Shown piece after piece: positions 15,652 to 23,518 of a stretch of 32,000 nucleotides of DNA. The stretch lies in assembly GCF_001465295.1 (NCBI RefSeq), contig NZ_CP011035.1, forward strand, positions 360,001 through 392,000. Reading direction: 5' to 3'. Made by a program: the position numbers and the translations under genes. The DNA is from Pseudoalteromonas translucida KMM 520. GTDB taxonomy: Bacteria; Pseudomonadota; Gammaproteobacteria; Enterobacterales; Alteromonadaceae. The notes under the pieces were generated by a model. The model was not told the DNA's origin, searched no databases, and saw only the letters and a program-made list of their open reading frames with translations. The number at the start of each line of letters is the position of its first letter. Within the stretch, counting starts at the first letter, position 1.

Positions 15652-16950
15652 ATGATGAAATTGAAAATATTAACATTAGCAATGGTTTTAGCTATGCCTG
15701 CAATTGCAGCTGAAGAATTTAGCTTAACAGACATGATCCCAGCTCGCCCTGGTGCACAAGTAGCTAACGCAGATCAAGCCCAAGTGTCGGGCGATGTAGT
15801 GGTTGCAAAAGATACTAATGTAGCGGTAGCTGTTGCTCATCAAGCGCTGATTGATGACGACGAAGACGGTATTAAAATGATTCAAGTAGGCAGTGGTACT
15901 GGTATTTTATCAATTGGTAGTGCTAGCTATAACACTTATGACAACATGAATGCGACATTGCTTTCAAAACGAGGCGCTTATAATCAGGCTTATTTAATTG
16001 CTAAAAAGCAATTAATAGAAAACATGAAAGGTGTTGAGCACCAATGTAGCAATGTAGTAAGTGCAACGATGGATGTAATAGATACCGGTGTTGAGGGTGT
16101 TGCAAACGAGCAAACTAATATGATGGAAGCGTGTAAGGAGTCGGTATCGGGTTCTTTAGCCGGTTTTGTTACTTATGACGTGTACGATAACAATGAAGAA
16201 AAGGGAGTACGCGTTAGTTTAATTTCAACACCTAAAACACGCTCGCAAATAAAAGGTAATCGTGGTGCAGTTGCTGTGACTACAGAGCCAAATGCTATTT
16301 TTCAGCAAGTAATTAGTGATGTTAAATCAGGTGTTTTACCGCCGGTTGGCGCAAAAGTGTTAACTAACGCCGATAGCGGAGAAGTAATAGTACTAGGTTA
16401 TGGTTCGGCAATAATACGCGGTAATAAAAATAATAAAGTGGCGCGTAAATTAAAAGGTGCTGCTAAATCACAATCGCAAACGCGTGCACGCTCAGCGCTT
16501 TTAGCCACTATGCAAGGAGAGAAAGTATATTGGGAAGGTAGCTTTGACGAAAAGCAAATGGAAGGTACTCAGCAGTTTGAATACGACGATCCTAACCTAA
16601 ATGATCCACAGCAAGTAAAAGTGCTTGAAGAGGATCGAAATACATTTTTAAACCAATTAAAAATGTCTGATGAATATGCAACATTATCTAAAGGTAAATT
16701 ACCACCAGGTGTGAGTGTAAAGAGCTTTGCAAGTGATGACGGCTTTTGGCAGTACAGCGTAGCAGTTTATGCGCCAAGTTTAGAAGCAACGGCGCGCCAA
16801 GCAGCTAAAGAAATGACAGGTAATAACGGCAATACAGTAAATGGTATGAGCCGCTCTGGTCATAAAATTAAAGCAGTGGGTGGCTTAAACGAAAAAGTGG
16901 CTAATCCACAAGGTGCTTCGGGTAAAGTAGCGAGTGAAGAGGAGCTTTAA
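15652..16950 (+). CDS. Periplasmic protein with two LPP20-like modules (operon gene 5)
   Basis: Signal peptide MMKLKILTLAMVLAMPAIAAEE. Module 1: IGSASYNTYDNMNATLLSKRGAYNQAYLIAKKQLIENMKGV...GVRVSLIS. Module 2: VLGYGSAIIRG...AAKSQSQTRARSALLATMQGEKV...FWQYSVAVYAP. AAGGA RBS is present. The second ATG at 15655 is an equally good start. Confidence 0.7.
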   Translation: MMKLKILTLAMVLAMPAIAAEEFSLTDMIPARPGAQVANADQAQVSGDVVVAKDTNVAVAVAHQALIDDDEDGIKMIQVGSGTGILSIGSASYNTYDNMNATLLSKRGAYNQAYLIAKKQLIENMKGVEHQCSNVVSATMDVIDTGVEGVANEQTNMMEACKESVSGSLAGFVTYDVYDNNEEKGVRVSLISTPKTRSQIKGNRGAVAVTTEPNAIFQQVISDVKSGVLPPVGAKVLTNADSGEVIVLGYGSAIIRGNKNNKVARKLKGAAKSQSQTRARSALLATMQGEKVYWEGSFDEKQMEGTQQFEYDDPNLNDPQQVKVLEEDRNTFLNQLKMSDEYATLSKGKLPPGVSVKSFASDDGFWQYSVAVYAPSLEATARQAAKEMTGNNGNTVNGMSRSGHKIKAVGGLNEKVANPQGASGKVASEEEL

Positions 16951-17663
16951 TGCTAGCATCTATTTTAGCGCTTTCGTTGGTGGCTTCGGCCACCTTCGAC
17001 TCAGAGCAAACAATTGAACAGCAAACTGCTTTTTTTAAAAGTCAGGCTAATGGTCAATACGCCCGAGTTAAGGCGTTAAAATCGAGTGCAAAAAATGCGC
17101 TTGAGCAGGCATGTCGTAATGCATTGACCCTGCCACAGCGCAGTATTATAAAAAGTACCTTAGCTAATAAGCTTAATATTACCTTACCAGAATCGGTGAG
17201 TTTTATTGAAGCTGAGGTTACGGGGTATAAGCAAGAAAAACAGCAAGAATGGCTAACCTGTACAGGTATTGTTACCCCTGCTGCTGCAGATATAAACGAG
17301 GCAGGCTTAGCAATTAGAGCAGCATGGCAAGTAGGCAAACAGCAAGATAAAAACAACTTGCGTGCATTACTTAAAATAGCAATGGCTCACCCATCGACTA
17401 TATCAGATGCCGTTGCACTTGTTGCCGATCAATCACCGCAAAGCGAGCGCCTAGCTTACCTGGATAAATACTTAGTAGCCGATGAACTTAAACTTGATGA
17501 CGCTAAAGAGTCTGTGGCGCAAGCATGGTTTAAAGACATGCGCTACCAACAAGTTATTTCATTAATGCAACAGTGTGAAAGTGTTGATTGTAAACGCTTA
17601 GGTTTAGCCGCAGAGGCTGAGTATGAGCAGCAAAGCGCAGATGATTTAAGCAGCTACTTTTAA
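16950..17663 (+). CDS. Exported helical protein of unknown function (operon gene 6)
   Basis: TAATG overlap with gene 5, with GAGGAG RBS. The N-terminus is hydrophobic (MLASILALSLVASATF), a weak signal with no basic n-region. It has five Cys residues and a helical, TPR-like C-terminus. Confidence 0.6.
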   Translation: MLASILALSLVASATFDSEQTIEQQTAFFKSQANGQYARVKALKSSAKNALEQACRNALTLPQRSIIKSTLANKLNITLPESVSFIEAEVTGYKQEKQQEWLTCTGIVTPAAADINEAGLAIRAAWQVGKQQDKNNLRALLKIAMAHPSTISDAVALVADQSPQSERLAYLDKYLVADELKLDDAKESVAQAWFKDMRYQQVISLMQQCESVDCKRLGLAAEAEYEQQSADDLSSYF

Positions 17664-17681
17664 TTTATAAGGATATAAAAA

Positions 17682-18899
17682 GTGTACTTGAAAAGTAAAT
17701 ACTTACTAAGGTTAAGTACTATTGCGTGCCTTACTTTAAGTTTAAATAGCCTAGCCCAAACAAGTGATGAAGCCGAATTTGAAGCTTTTTTAAAGCAGCG
17801 TCAAAGCGAGTTTAGTCAGTACAAACAACAACAAAAGCAAGAGTTTGAAGCGTTTGTGAGTGCCTGGCGTGATGCAGAAAGCGCTTATTTAAAACAAATA
17901 ACTGCAAAATGGCAAGACCCAAATCTACCCAGCTCAAAAGTGTGGGTCAAATATAGTGACGATTTAAATAAACGCACCAGTGTAAATTTTGAAAGCGGTG
18001 AAGTGGTTGTTGAGTTATTAAGTAGCAAAAGCGATGAGCAAGCCGTTGAATATGCAAAAGAGCAGTTAAACGAGCTCTCACAGGTAACCGTAGATAAAAC
18101 GCTTGCCAAAGATCCAATTTACATTACAGCTAATAACACACTTAATAGTAAAAGCATTATTTCAACAGGTAAGCCTTTAAATAAAAAGGTTAAACAAAGT
18201 AAGCCACTAACAGCTACTCAATCTAAAAAAGTAGCTGAGCAAACAGTGCTCTCTACAGAAATTGTACAAGAGGTACTAGCTGCAAAGGCTCCTGTAATAA
18301 CTAAGCAAAAAGACAGGGTGACAATTAGCTACAAATTGCCTGCTAATACGCTTTCAAACCAAGCAAAGCGTTATTTGCCAGAGGTAAAAGTACAAGCTGC
18401 GCGTTACAACTTAGAGCCAGCCTTATTGTTAGCAATAATACATACTGAGTCGAGCTTTAATCCACTGGCACGCTCACCTATCCCTGCATTTGGTTTAATG
18501 CAAATAGTGCCTACTTCTGCCGGTAAAGATGTAAGTAACTTCTTGCAAGGTAAGCCGTTATTGCTTAGCCCAGAGTATTTATTTCAGGCTGATAATAACG
18601 TAGAAGCGGGGAGTACTTATCTGCATATTTTAAGTAATCGCTATTTTAAAAATGTACGTAACGAGCAATCAAGACTGTATATGAGCATAGCCGCATATAA
18701 TACTGGCCCAGGCAATGTAGCTAAAACTCTCAGTGGCTCAAACTCACTAAATCAGGCAAGTATTGCTGCTAATGCAATGTCGGCAGATAAGATTTATACC
18801 TATATGGTTAATAACTTACCTGCACAAGAAACCCGTAATTATTTACAAAAGGTGGTTAAACGCACCGCATATTATCAAGCACAATTGAAAGGAATTTAA
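17682..18899 (+). CDS. mltC: MltC-family membrane-bound lytic murein transglycosylase (operon gene 7)
   Basis: SLT catalytic region AIIHTESSFNPLARSPIPAFGLMQIVPTSAGKDV...AAYNTGPGNV matches the E. coli MltC signature (ESSFNP...GLMQVV..TAGKDV...AYNGGAG). A long N-terminal domain sits where MltC carries DUF3393. GTG start with AAGGA upstream. Signal sequence with a possible lipobox TIAC. It may be an operon-dedicated paralogue rather than the housekeeping mltC. Confidence 0.8.
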   Translation: MYLKSKYLLRLSTIACLTLSLNSLAQTSDEAEFEAFLKQRQSEFSQYKQQQKQEFEAFVSAWRDAESAYLKQITAKWQDPNLPSSKVWVKYSDDLNKRTSVNFESGEVVVELLSSKSDEQAVEYAKEQLNELSQVTVDKTLAKDPIYITANNTLNSKSIISTGKPLNKKVKQSKPLTATQSKKVAEQTVLSTEIVQEVLAAKAPVITKQKDRVTISYKLPANTLSNQAKRYLPEVKVQAARYNLEPALLLAIIHTESSFNPLARSPIPAFGLMQIVPTSAGKDVSNFLQGKPLLLSPEYLFQADNNVEAGSTYLHILSNRYFKNVRNEQSRLYMSIAAYNTGPGNVAKTLSGSNSLNQASIAANAMSADKIYTYMVNNLPAQETRNYLQKVVKRTAYYQAQLKGI

Positions 18900-18901
18900 A
18901 T

Positions 18902-19471
18902 ATGAAAAAGTTATTACCAGTAATAGCCGCTTTGGCGTTAGGTGCGTGTTCAAGTACAGAGCAAACGCAATCAGCACCGCTTGCTAAAAATGATTCAGTA
19001 CCAAATTGGGTACTTTTACCTGTATCAGATAAAGGTTTAGCTTCTTCGTCATGTGTACCTTGGTCGGGCAGTATGTCTACAGATAGAGCGCAGGCCATTG
19101 CAGCAGCGCGTGCAGATCTATCGCAGCAAATACAAGTAAAAGCAAGTGTTATGGACCGCCTATATCAACGTAAAGCGCAAAGTAATGATGAGCTAAATGT
19201 AGGTGGTACATTTGAGCAAGTAAGCAAACAAGTTGCAGAGCAAAGTCTTGTTGGCGCTATACCTCAAGAGGTAGCATTTGCACGTTTAGATGGCAAAAAA
19301 CAACTTTGTACCTTAGTAGTAATGAGCAACACACAAGATACCTTTAATAACCTAGTGGCTAAATCGGGCAAACGTTTAGACCCAGGTTCACGCGAAGCGC
19401 TTTACGAAGAGTTCAAAGCGCAAAAAGCAATGAAAGACTTAGAAAAAGAACTCGATAATTTAAATAAGTAA
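18902..19471 (+). CDS. LPP20/FlgP-like outer-membrane lipoprotein (operon gene 8)
   Basis: Lipobox LGAC in MKKLLPVIAALALGACSS. LPP20 pattern PNWVLLPV...STDRAQAIAAARADLSQQIQVKASV...KKQLCTLVVMS. AAAGGAA RBS. Starts 2 nt after the gene 7 stop. Confidence 0.8.
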   Translation: MKKLLPVIAALALGACSSTEQTQSAPLAKNDSVPNWVLLPVSDKGLASSSCVPWSGSMSTDRAQAIAAARADLSQQIQVKASVMDRLYQRKAQSNDELNVGGTFEQVSKQVAEQSLVGAIPQEVAFARLDGKKQLCTLVVMSNTQDTFNNLVAKSGKRLDPGSREALYEEFKAQKAMKDLEKELDNLNK

Positions 19472-19631
19472 TTGCTACACATTATTTTTAATTTAATAGC
19501 GTAATTAGCTTTAATTAAATATACAGCCGGTTAGCCTTATTTAGGCTAGCTAGTTAATACCTATGAGGGCTAATAAGCGCTCATTTTTTGTGAAATAAAA
19601 ACTCACTGACTATTTTAAAAAGGACTAAAAA

Positions 19632-19880
19632 ATGAAAGATGTTTTTTTCTTTGAATCTATGCTGACACCTAAAATCATTACTTTTGTATATTGGTTAATG
19701 TTACTGGGTGCTGTAATTTCTGGTGTAAGTACTATGTTTATGCAGTACGGTGGTGGTTTTTGGGCCGGGCTTGGTATTATTGTTGGTGGCGTAATTGGTG
19801 CTAGAATTTGGTGTGAACTACTTATCGTTTTATTCAAAATTCACGAGAATTTACAAAAAATAGCTAATAAATCAGAATAA
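19632..19880 (+). CDS. Small two-helix membrane protein, DUF4282-like
   Basis: 82 aa beginning MKDVFFFESMLTPKIITFVYWLMLLGAVISG and ending IWCELLIVLFKIHENLQKI, which fits the DUF4282 pattern. AAGGA lies upstream. The antisense ORF 19625..19837 is low-complexity and rejected. Confidence 0.65.
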   Translation: MKDVFFFESMLTPKIITFVYWLMLLGAVISGVSTMFMQYGGGFWAGLGIIVGGVIGARIWCELLIVLFKIHENLQKIANKSE

Positions 19881-19886
19881 ATTTTC

Positions 19887-19941
19887 AGCGTGTCATAGTA
19901 AGTTTCAATTAGAAGCAAAACCAGACACGCTATTTTATTTT
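19887..19941 (+). terminator. Possible terminator after the small membrane protein gene
   Basis: AGCGTGTC (19887-19894) pairs with GACACGCT (19924-19931), followed by ATTTTATTTT. The 29-nt loop is large, so confidence is modest. Confidence 0.35.
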
Positions 19942-20031
19942 CACCACTTTGAGGTTTAAAAAGCCTAAAATGCATTCGCAAAAATAGTTTTAAGTAAATT
20001 ATTTACAAAGAGGTTAAGAGCGCTGCGCTTC

Positions 20032-22281
20032 TTACTTTTTGCTGTTACTGTTACGTTGTTTTAACCAAGAAATAAACTCAGCTGCGGGCATAGGATAGGC
20101 CATATAGTAGCCTTGCATACCGGTAATATTAAGTTGTGTGAGTGTTTTAGCTTGCTCTGCGGTTTCAACGCCTTCGGCAATAACATTAAAGCCAAGGTTG
20201 TGCGCAAGCGAGATTATAGTACTCACAATGGCAGACCCTCTATTACCTTCATGTATTTTATCAATAAAGCTTTTATCTATTTTTAGTTCACTAACGGGGT
20301 AAGTGTGTATATAGGCTAGCGATGAATAGCCAGTGCCAAAATCATCAATCGAAAACTTGAACCCTTTAGCTTTGAGTTGCTGCATTTGTGCAATATTTTC
20401 AGCCATATCATCCAGTAAAATACTTTCGGTTATCTCCAGTTTAAATCTTGTAGGGGATATACCAAACGCATCTACAATGCTAACAATATTGTTGTATAAG
20501 GAATGTGTTATAAACTGGCAGGCGCTAATATTAATAGCAACACAAAATGAATCATAAAGTTGCTGTGTTTGCTCTAAGGTTTTAATTAACATGCAAGCGT
20601 CAAACAATACACTGCTTTGCAGTTGATCAATCAGACCAGATTGTTCTGCAACAGGAATAAAGTAGTAGGGTGATATAATGCCTTTTTGGGGATGTATCCA
20701 GCGAATTAATGCCTCAGCGGCTATAATGTTACCTTGGCAATCAAGTTGCGGCTGAAAGTAAGCCACAAATTGTTTTTCTTTTATTGCAGTTATAATGTCG
20801 CTTTCTAGCTGTAAACGTAAGTCTAATTCGTGTTGCAGTGCCGGATCGTAAAATGCAAAACGATGGCCGCCAAGTTTTTTGGCGCTATACATAGCTGTAT
20901 CAGCCCGCTTTAGTACATCGTTGCTTGTTGTGTCTGGGCCTTCAATAAAACTAATGCCAATACTGGCGGTAATTTTGTAACTACAGTTGCTTATTTTAAA
21001 TGGGTTTTTGAAGCAGTCGAGTATTTGGTTAGCACACACTATTGCCTGGCTTTGTGCACTGTTTTTATTACTACTTAGGTGCTTAGGTAAAATTACAAAT
21101 TCATCACCACCAATTCGCGCAATAATACCTGCTTTTTTAATCACGGCTTTTAACCGCATAGCAACTTCGAGTAAAACCTCGTCGCCAATAACATGGCCTA
21201 ATGAATCATTAATACGCTTAAAGTCATTTAAATCTAAAAATAATAGAGTGCCAAATGAAAGCTGCTTTTTAGATTTGCTGATCATTAATTCGAGCGTGTC
21301 AGTTAGCATGCGGCGATTAGGTAGAGTGGTTAATGGATCGTAAAATACCAGTTTTTTTACTTGCTCTTCAGCAAGCTTACGCTCGGTAATGTCGCGTATC
21401 ATCCATAAAACATGTTTTTTATTTGGCTCATCAAGTAGGTAGTTATTAATAACTGATGTTCTAGCTTCAAAAATATGTCGGTTACCCATACAATTAAGTT
21501 CGTACTCGTACAGCTGTACTTGCTCTGTTTTCAGTGTTTTAGTAATGATAGAGATTACTTTATTAGGATCACCTAATGGCAGTGAGCTTATGCGTTGCTC
21601 ATTACTTAAGCTATTACATTGTAGCTCGTTGCTAGCACCATAACTTTCAATATACCGCGCTTGCTCATCAAAAATGATTCCTAAATCGGGGATCACTTCA
21701 ATAAATGCTTTTAACTTATCGTTAGAGCGTTGTAGCTCTAAACTAAGTGCTTTTTCTCTTGCGACAGAGCGCGCTTTTTCTATTGCTAGGCCCGATAAAT
21801 GAGTAAAGCGTTCAATAAGCTTTAAATCTAATGCGGTTGGTGCGTTTGGGTACATGTAATAAACGGCAAAACTACCAAGTACTTTGTTATCTGAGGAAAA
21901 AATCGGAGTAGACCAACATGCTTGCAAACCATGTGCTAGTGCAATAGCTTTATAATTAGCCCAAAGTGGGCTAGTAGCTATATTACTAACAATAACTTGT
22001 TGCTGCGTATACACCGCAGTGCCACATGACCCTACATTATCACCAATTGTAACACCGTCTATTGCTTGGCAATATTCAGGGGGGAGTTTAGGCGCAGCAC
22101 CATGGCGAAGTTGGTTGCCTTCTAAAATTAAAATTGAACTTTTAGCATTTTTAGAGTCAATTATCGCTTCAATTTGCTCGCAAATAGTATGCAGGCACAG
22201 GTGTATATCTACACCTAATGCGATCTGCTCTATAATCTGTTGTTGGGCTGCAAATAATGCTGAATGTTGTGCTGGAGTCAC
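20032..22281 (-). CDS. GAF-PAS-GGDEF-EAL cyclic-di-GMP signalling protein
   Basis: N-terminal GAF-like region. GGDEF domain with RIGGDEFVIL and RxxD-like context. EAL domain with EALIRW, DDFGTGYSSL and EGVE. GTG start at 22281 with AGGAA 9 nt upstream. Confidence 0.9.
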   Translation of the reverse strand: MTPAQHSALFAAQQQIIEQIALGVDIHLCLHTICEQIEAIIDSKNAKSSILILEGNQLRHGAAPKLPPEYCQAIDGVTIGDNVGSCGTAVYTQQQVIVSNIATSPLWANYKAIALAHGLQACWSTPIFSSDNKVLGSFAVYYMYPNAPTALDLKLIERFTHLSGLAIEKARSVAREKALSLELQRSNDKLKAFIEVIPDLGIIFDEQARYIESYGASNELQCNSLSNEQRISSLPLGDPNKVISIITKTLKTEQVQLYEYELNCMGNRHIFEARTSVINNYLLDEPNKKHVLWMIRDITERKLAEEQVKKLVFYDPLTTLPNRRMLTDTLELMISKSKKQLSFGTLLFLDLNDFKRINDSLGHVIGDEVLLEVAMRLKAVIKKAGIIARIGGDEFVILPKHLSSNKNSAQSQAIVCANQILDCFKNPFKISNCSYKITASIGISFIEGPDTTSNDVLKRADTAMYSAKKLGGHRFAFYDPALQHELDLRLQLESDIITAIKEKQFVAYFQPQLDCQGNIIAAEALIRWIHPQKGIISPYYFIPVAEQSGLIDQLQSSVLFDACMLIKTLEQTQQLYDSFCVAINISACQFITHSLYNNIVSIVDAFGISPTRFKLEITESILLDDMAENIAQMQQLKAKGFKFSIDDFGTGYSSLAYIHTYPVSELKIDKSFIDKIHEGNRGSAIVSTIISLAHNLGFNVIAEGVETAEQAKTLTQLNITGMQGYYMAYPMPAAEFISWLKQRNSNSKK

Positions 22282-22495
22282 TCAGAAAAGTTCCTAAATA
22301 ATAGTTAATGTGTCTGAGCGCATAGCATTAATAAAAACGAGGAATTTATTTTATATTAATTAAGCAGCACCTTATTGATATTGTAAACATTATCTAATTT
22401 AACTCAATACTAGGATCGAATAAAATTTAAACTCTTTTTGTTTTAATTTTTAACTGGTTGTTATCATTTGTTATATAGAACAACAATACGAGTAG

Positions 22496-23398
22496 TTATA
22501 AGTGTTGCTTAGTACCTAATGTGACTTCAGCGAAGTGCTTTTTTAAAATATCGAGTAACGCATAAGTCTTTGCAGCAATAAAATCTCGTTTTGGCGTTAC
22601 TGCATACACAGTGTAGTTTGAACGTTGCCAGTCTTTATGAAGTTGCTTTAACTCTTTGTTTTTAATGCGTTCGCGCACTTCTGGCTCTGGTAGCATTGCA
22701 TAACCTAATCCATCGCATACTAATTGAATAACTGATTGCATATTATTTACTTTTATACGCGGAGCTTTAAGTGTGTATGGTGCGCTGTTTGGCTTAAATA
22801 ATTGATAGTTTAAATGGCTGTGAGCTATATGAGTGTACTGGTTTAATTGTTCAATACATTGATCATTTTTTGCTAAAGGGTGTGTCGCATTAACACAAAG
22901 AGCATAAGGCCATTGGGCTAATTTTCGGGCTATTAAGTTTGAGTCGTTAAGTGGGCCAATACACAATGCTAAGTCGGCTCCTTCTTTAAGCATATCAATA
23001 GGTTCATCTGTTAAAATTAGTTCTATGTTTAATTTTGGATGTAGCTCTATTAAGCGTTTTAATGGCTCAGAAAGTAACCCAGCGCCAAAGCCAACAGGGG
23101 CAACTAATTTAAGTTTGCCACTTGGTATACCGGTTAAATACTGTAGTTTTTGTTTTGTCTGCTCTGCTGTTTGCAGCAGCTTTTTACAGCTTTGATAATA
23201 AATATCACCCGCTTCAGTTAAGCTTAATGATCGTGGACTGCGATTGAATAAGTTTAATCCAACCTCTTGTTCTAGTGTTTTAATTTGCTGACTTACAGCA
23301 GAAGTTGTCATGCCTAATTGTTTAGCAGCTAAGCTCATACTGTTTGTTTCTACTATGCGCACAAACATAGTTAAAGAGCGTGTTAACTTGATATTCAT
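22496..23398 (-). CDS. LysR family transcriptional regulator
   Basis: N-terminal wHTH: FVRIVETNSMSLAAKQLGMTTSAVSQQIKTLEQEVGLNLFNRSPRSLSLTEAG. About 300 aa with a LysR substrate-binding-type C-terminus. Divergent from the receptor gene at 23519. Confidence 0.9.
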   Translation of the reverse strand: MNIKLTRSLTMFVRIVETNSMSLAAKQLGMTTSAVSQQIKTLEQEVGLNLFNRSPRSLSLTEAGDIYYQSCKKLLQTAEQTKQKLQYLTGIPSGKLKLVAPVGFGAGLLSEPLKRLIELHPKLNIELILTDEPIDMLKEGADLALCIGPLNDSNLIARKLAQWPYALCVNATHPLAKNDQCIEQLNQYTHIAHSHLNYQLFKPNSAPYTLKAPRIKVNNMQSVIQLVCDGLGYAMLPEPEVRERIKNKELKQLHKDWQRSNYTVYAVTPKRDFIAAKTYALLDILKKHFAEVTLGTKQHL

Positions 23399-23470
23399 AG
23401 TGATTAAGTTTTCCTTAATTTAATTATTAGCATACTTATATTGCTCGGCAATGCACTTATCCTTAATATT

Positions 23471-23489
23471 GTAAACGCTAATCATTATC
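23471..23489. promoter_or_regulatory. Fur-box-like operator upstream of the TonB-dependent receptor
   Basis: GTAAACGCTAATCATTATC matches the classical Fur consensus GATAATGATAATCATTATC at 15/19, with a perfect 3' half (AATCATTATC). It lies 30 nt upstream of the ATG at 23519. Confidence 0.5.
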
Positions 23490-23518
23490 AATTAATAATT
23501 CTAACATGGGAAACAAAT

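Noticed and set aside
19625-19837. 70-aa minus-strand ORF overlapping the DUF4282-like gene.
   Set aside because: It is Pro/Ile/Thr low-complexity. The plus-strand ORF has an RBS, two clean hydrophobic helices and a recognisable family pattern.
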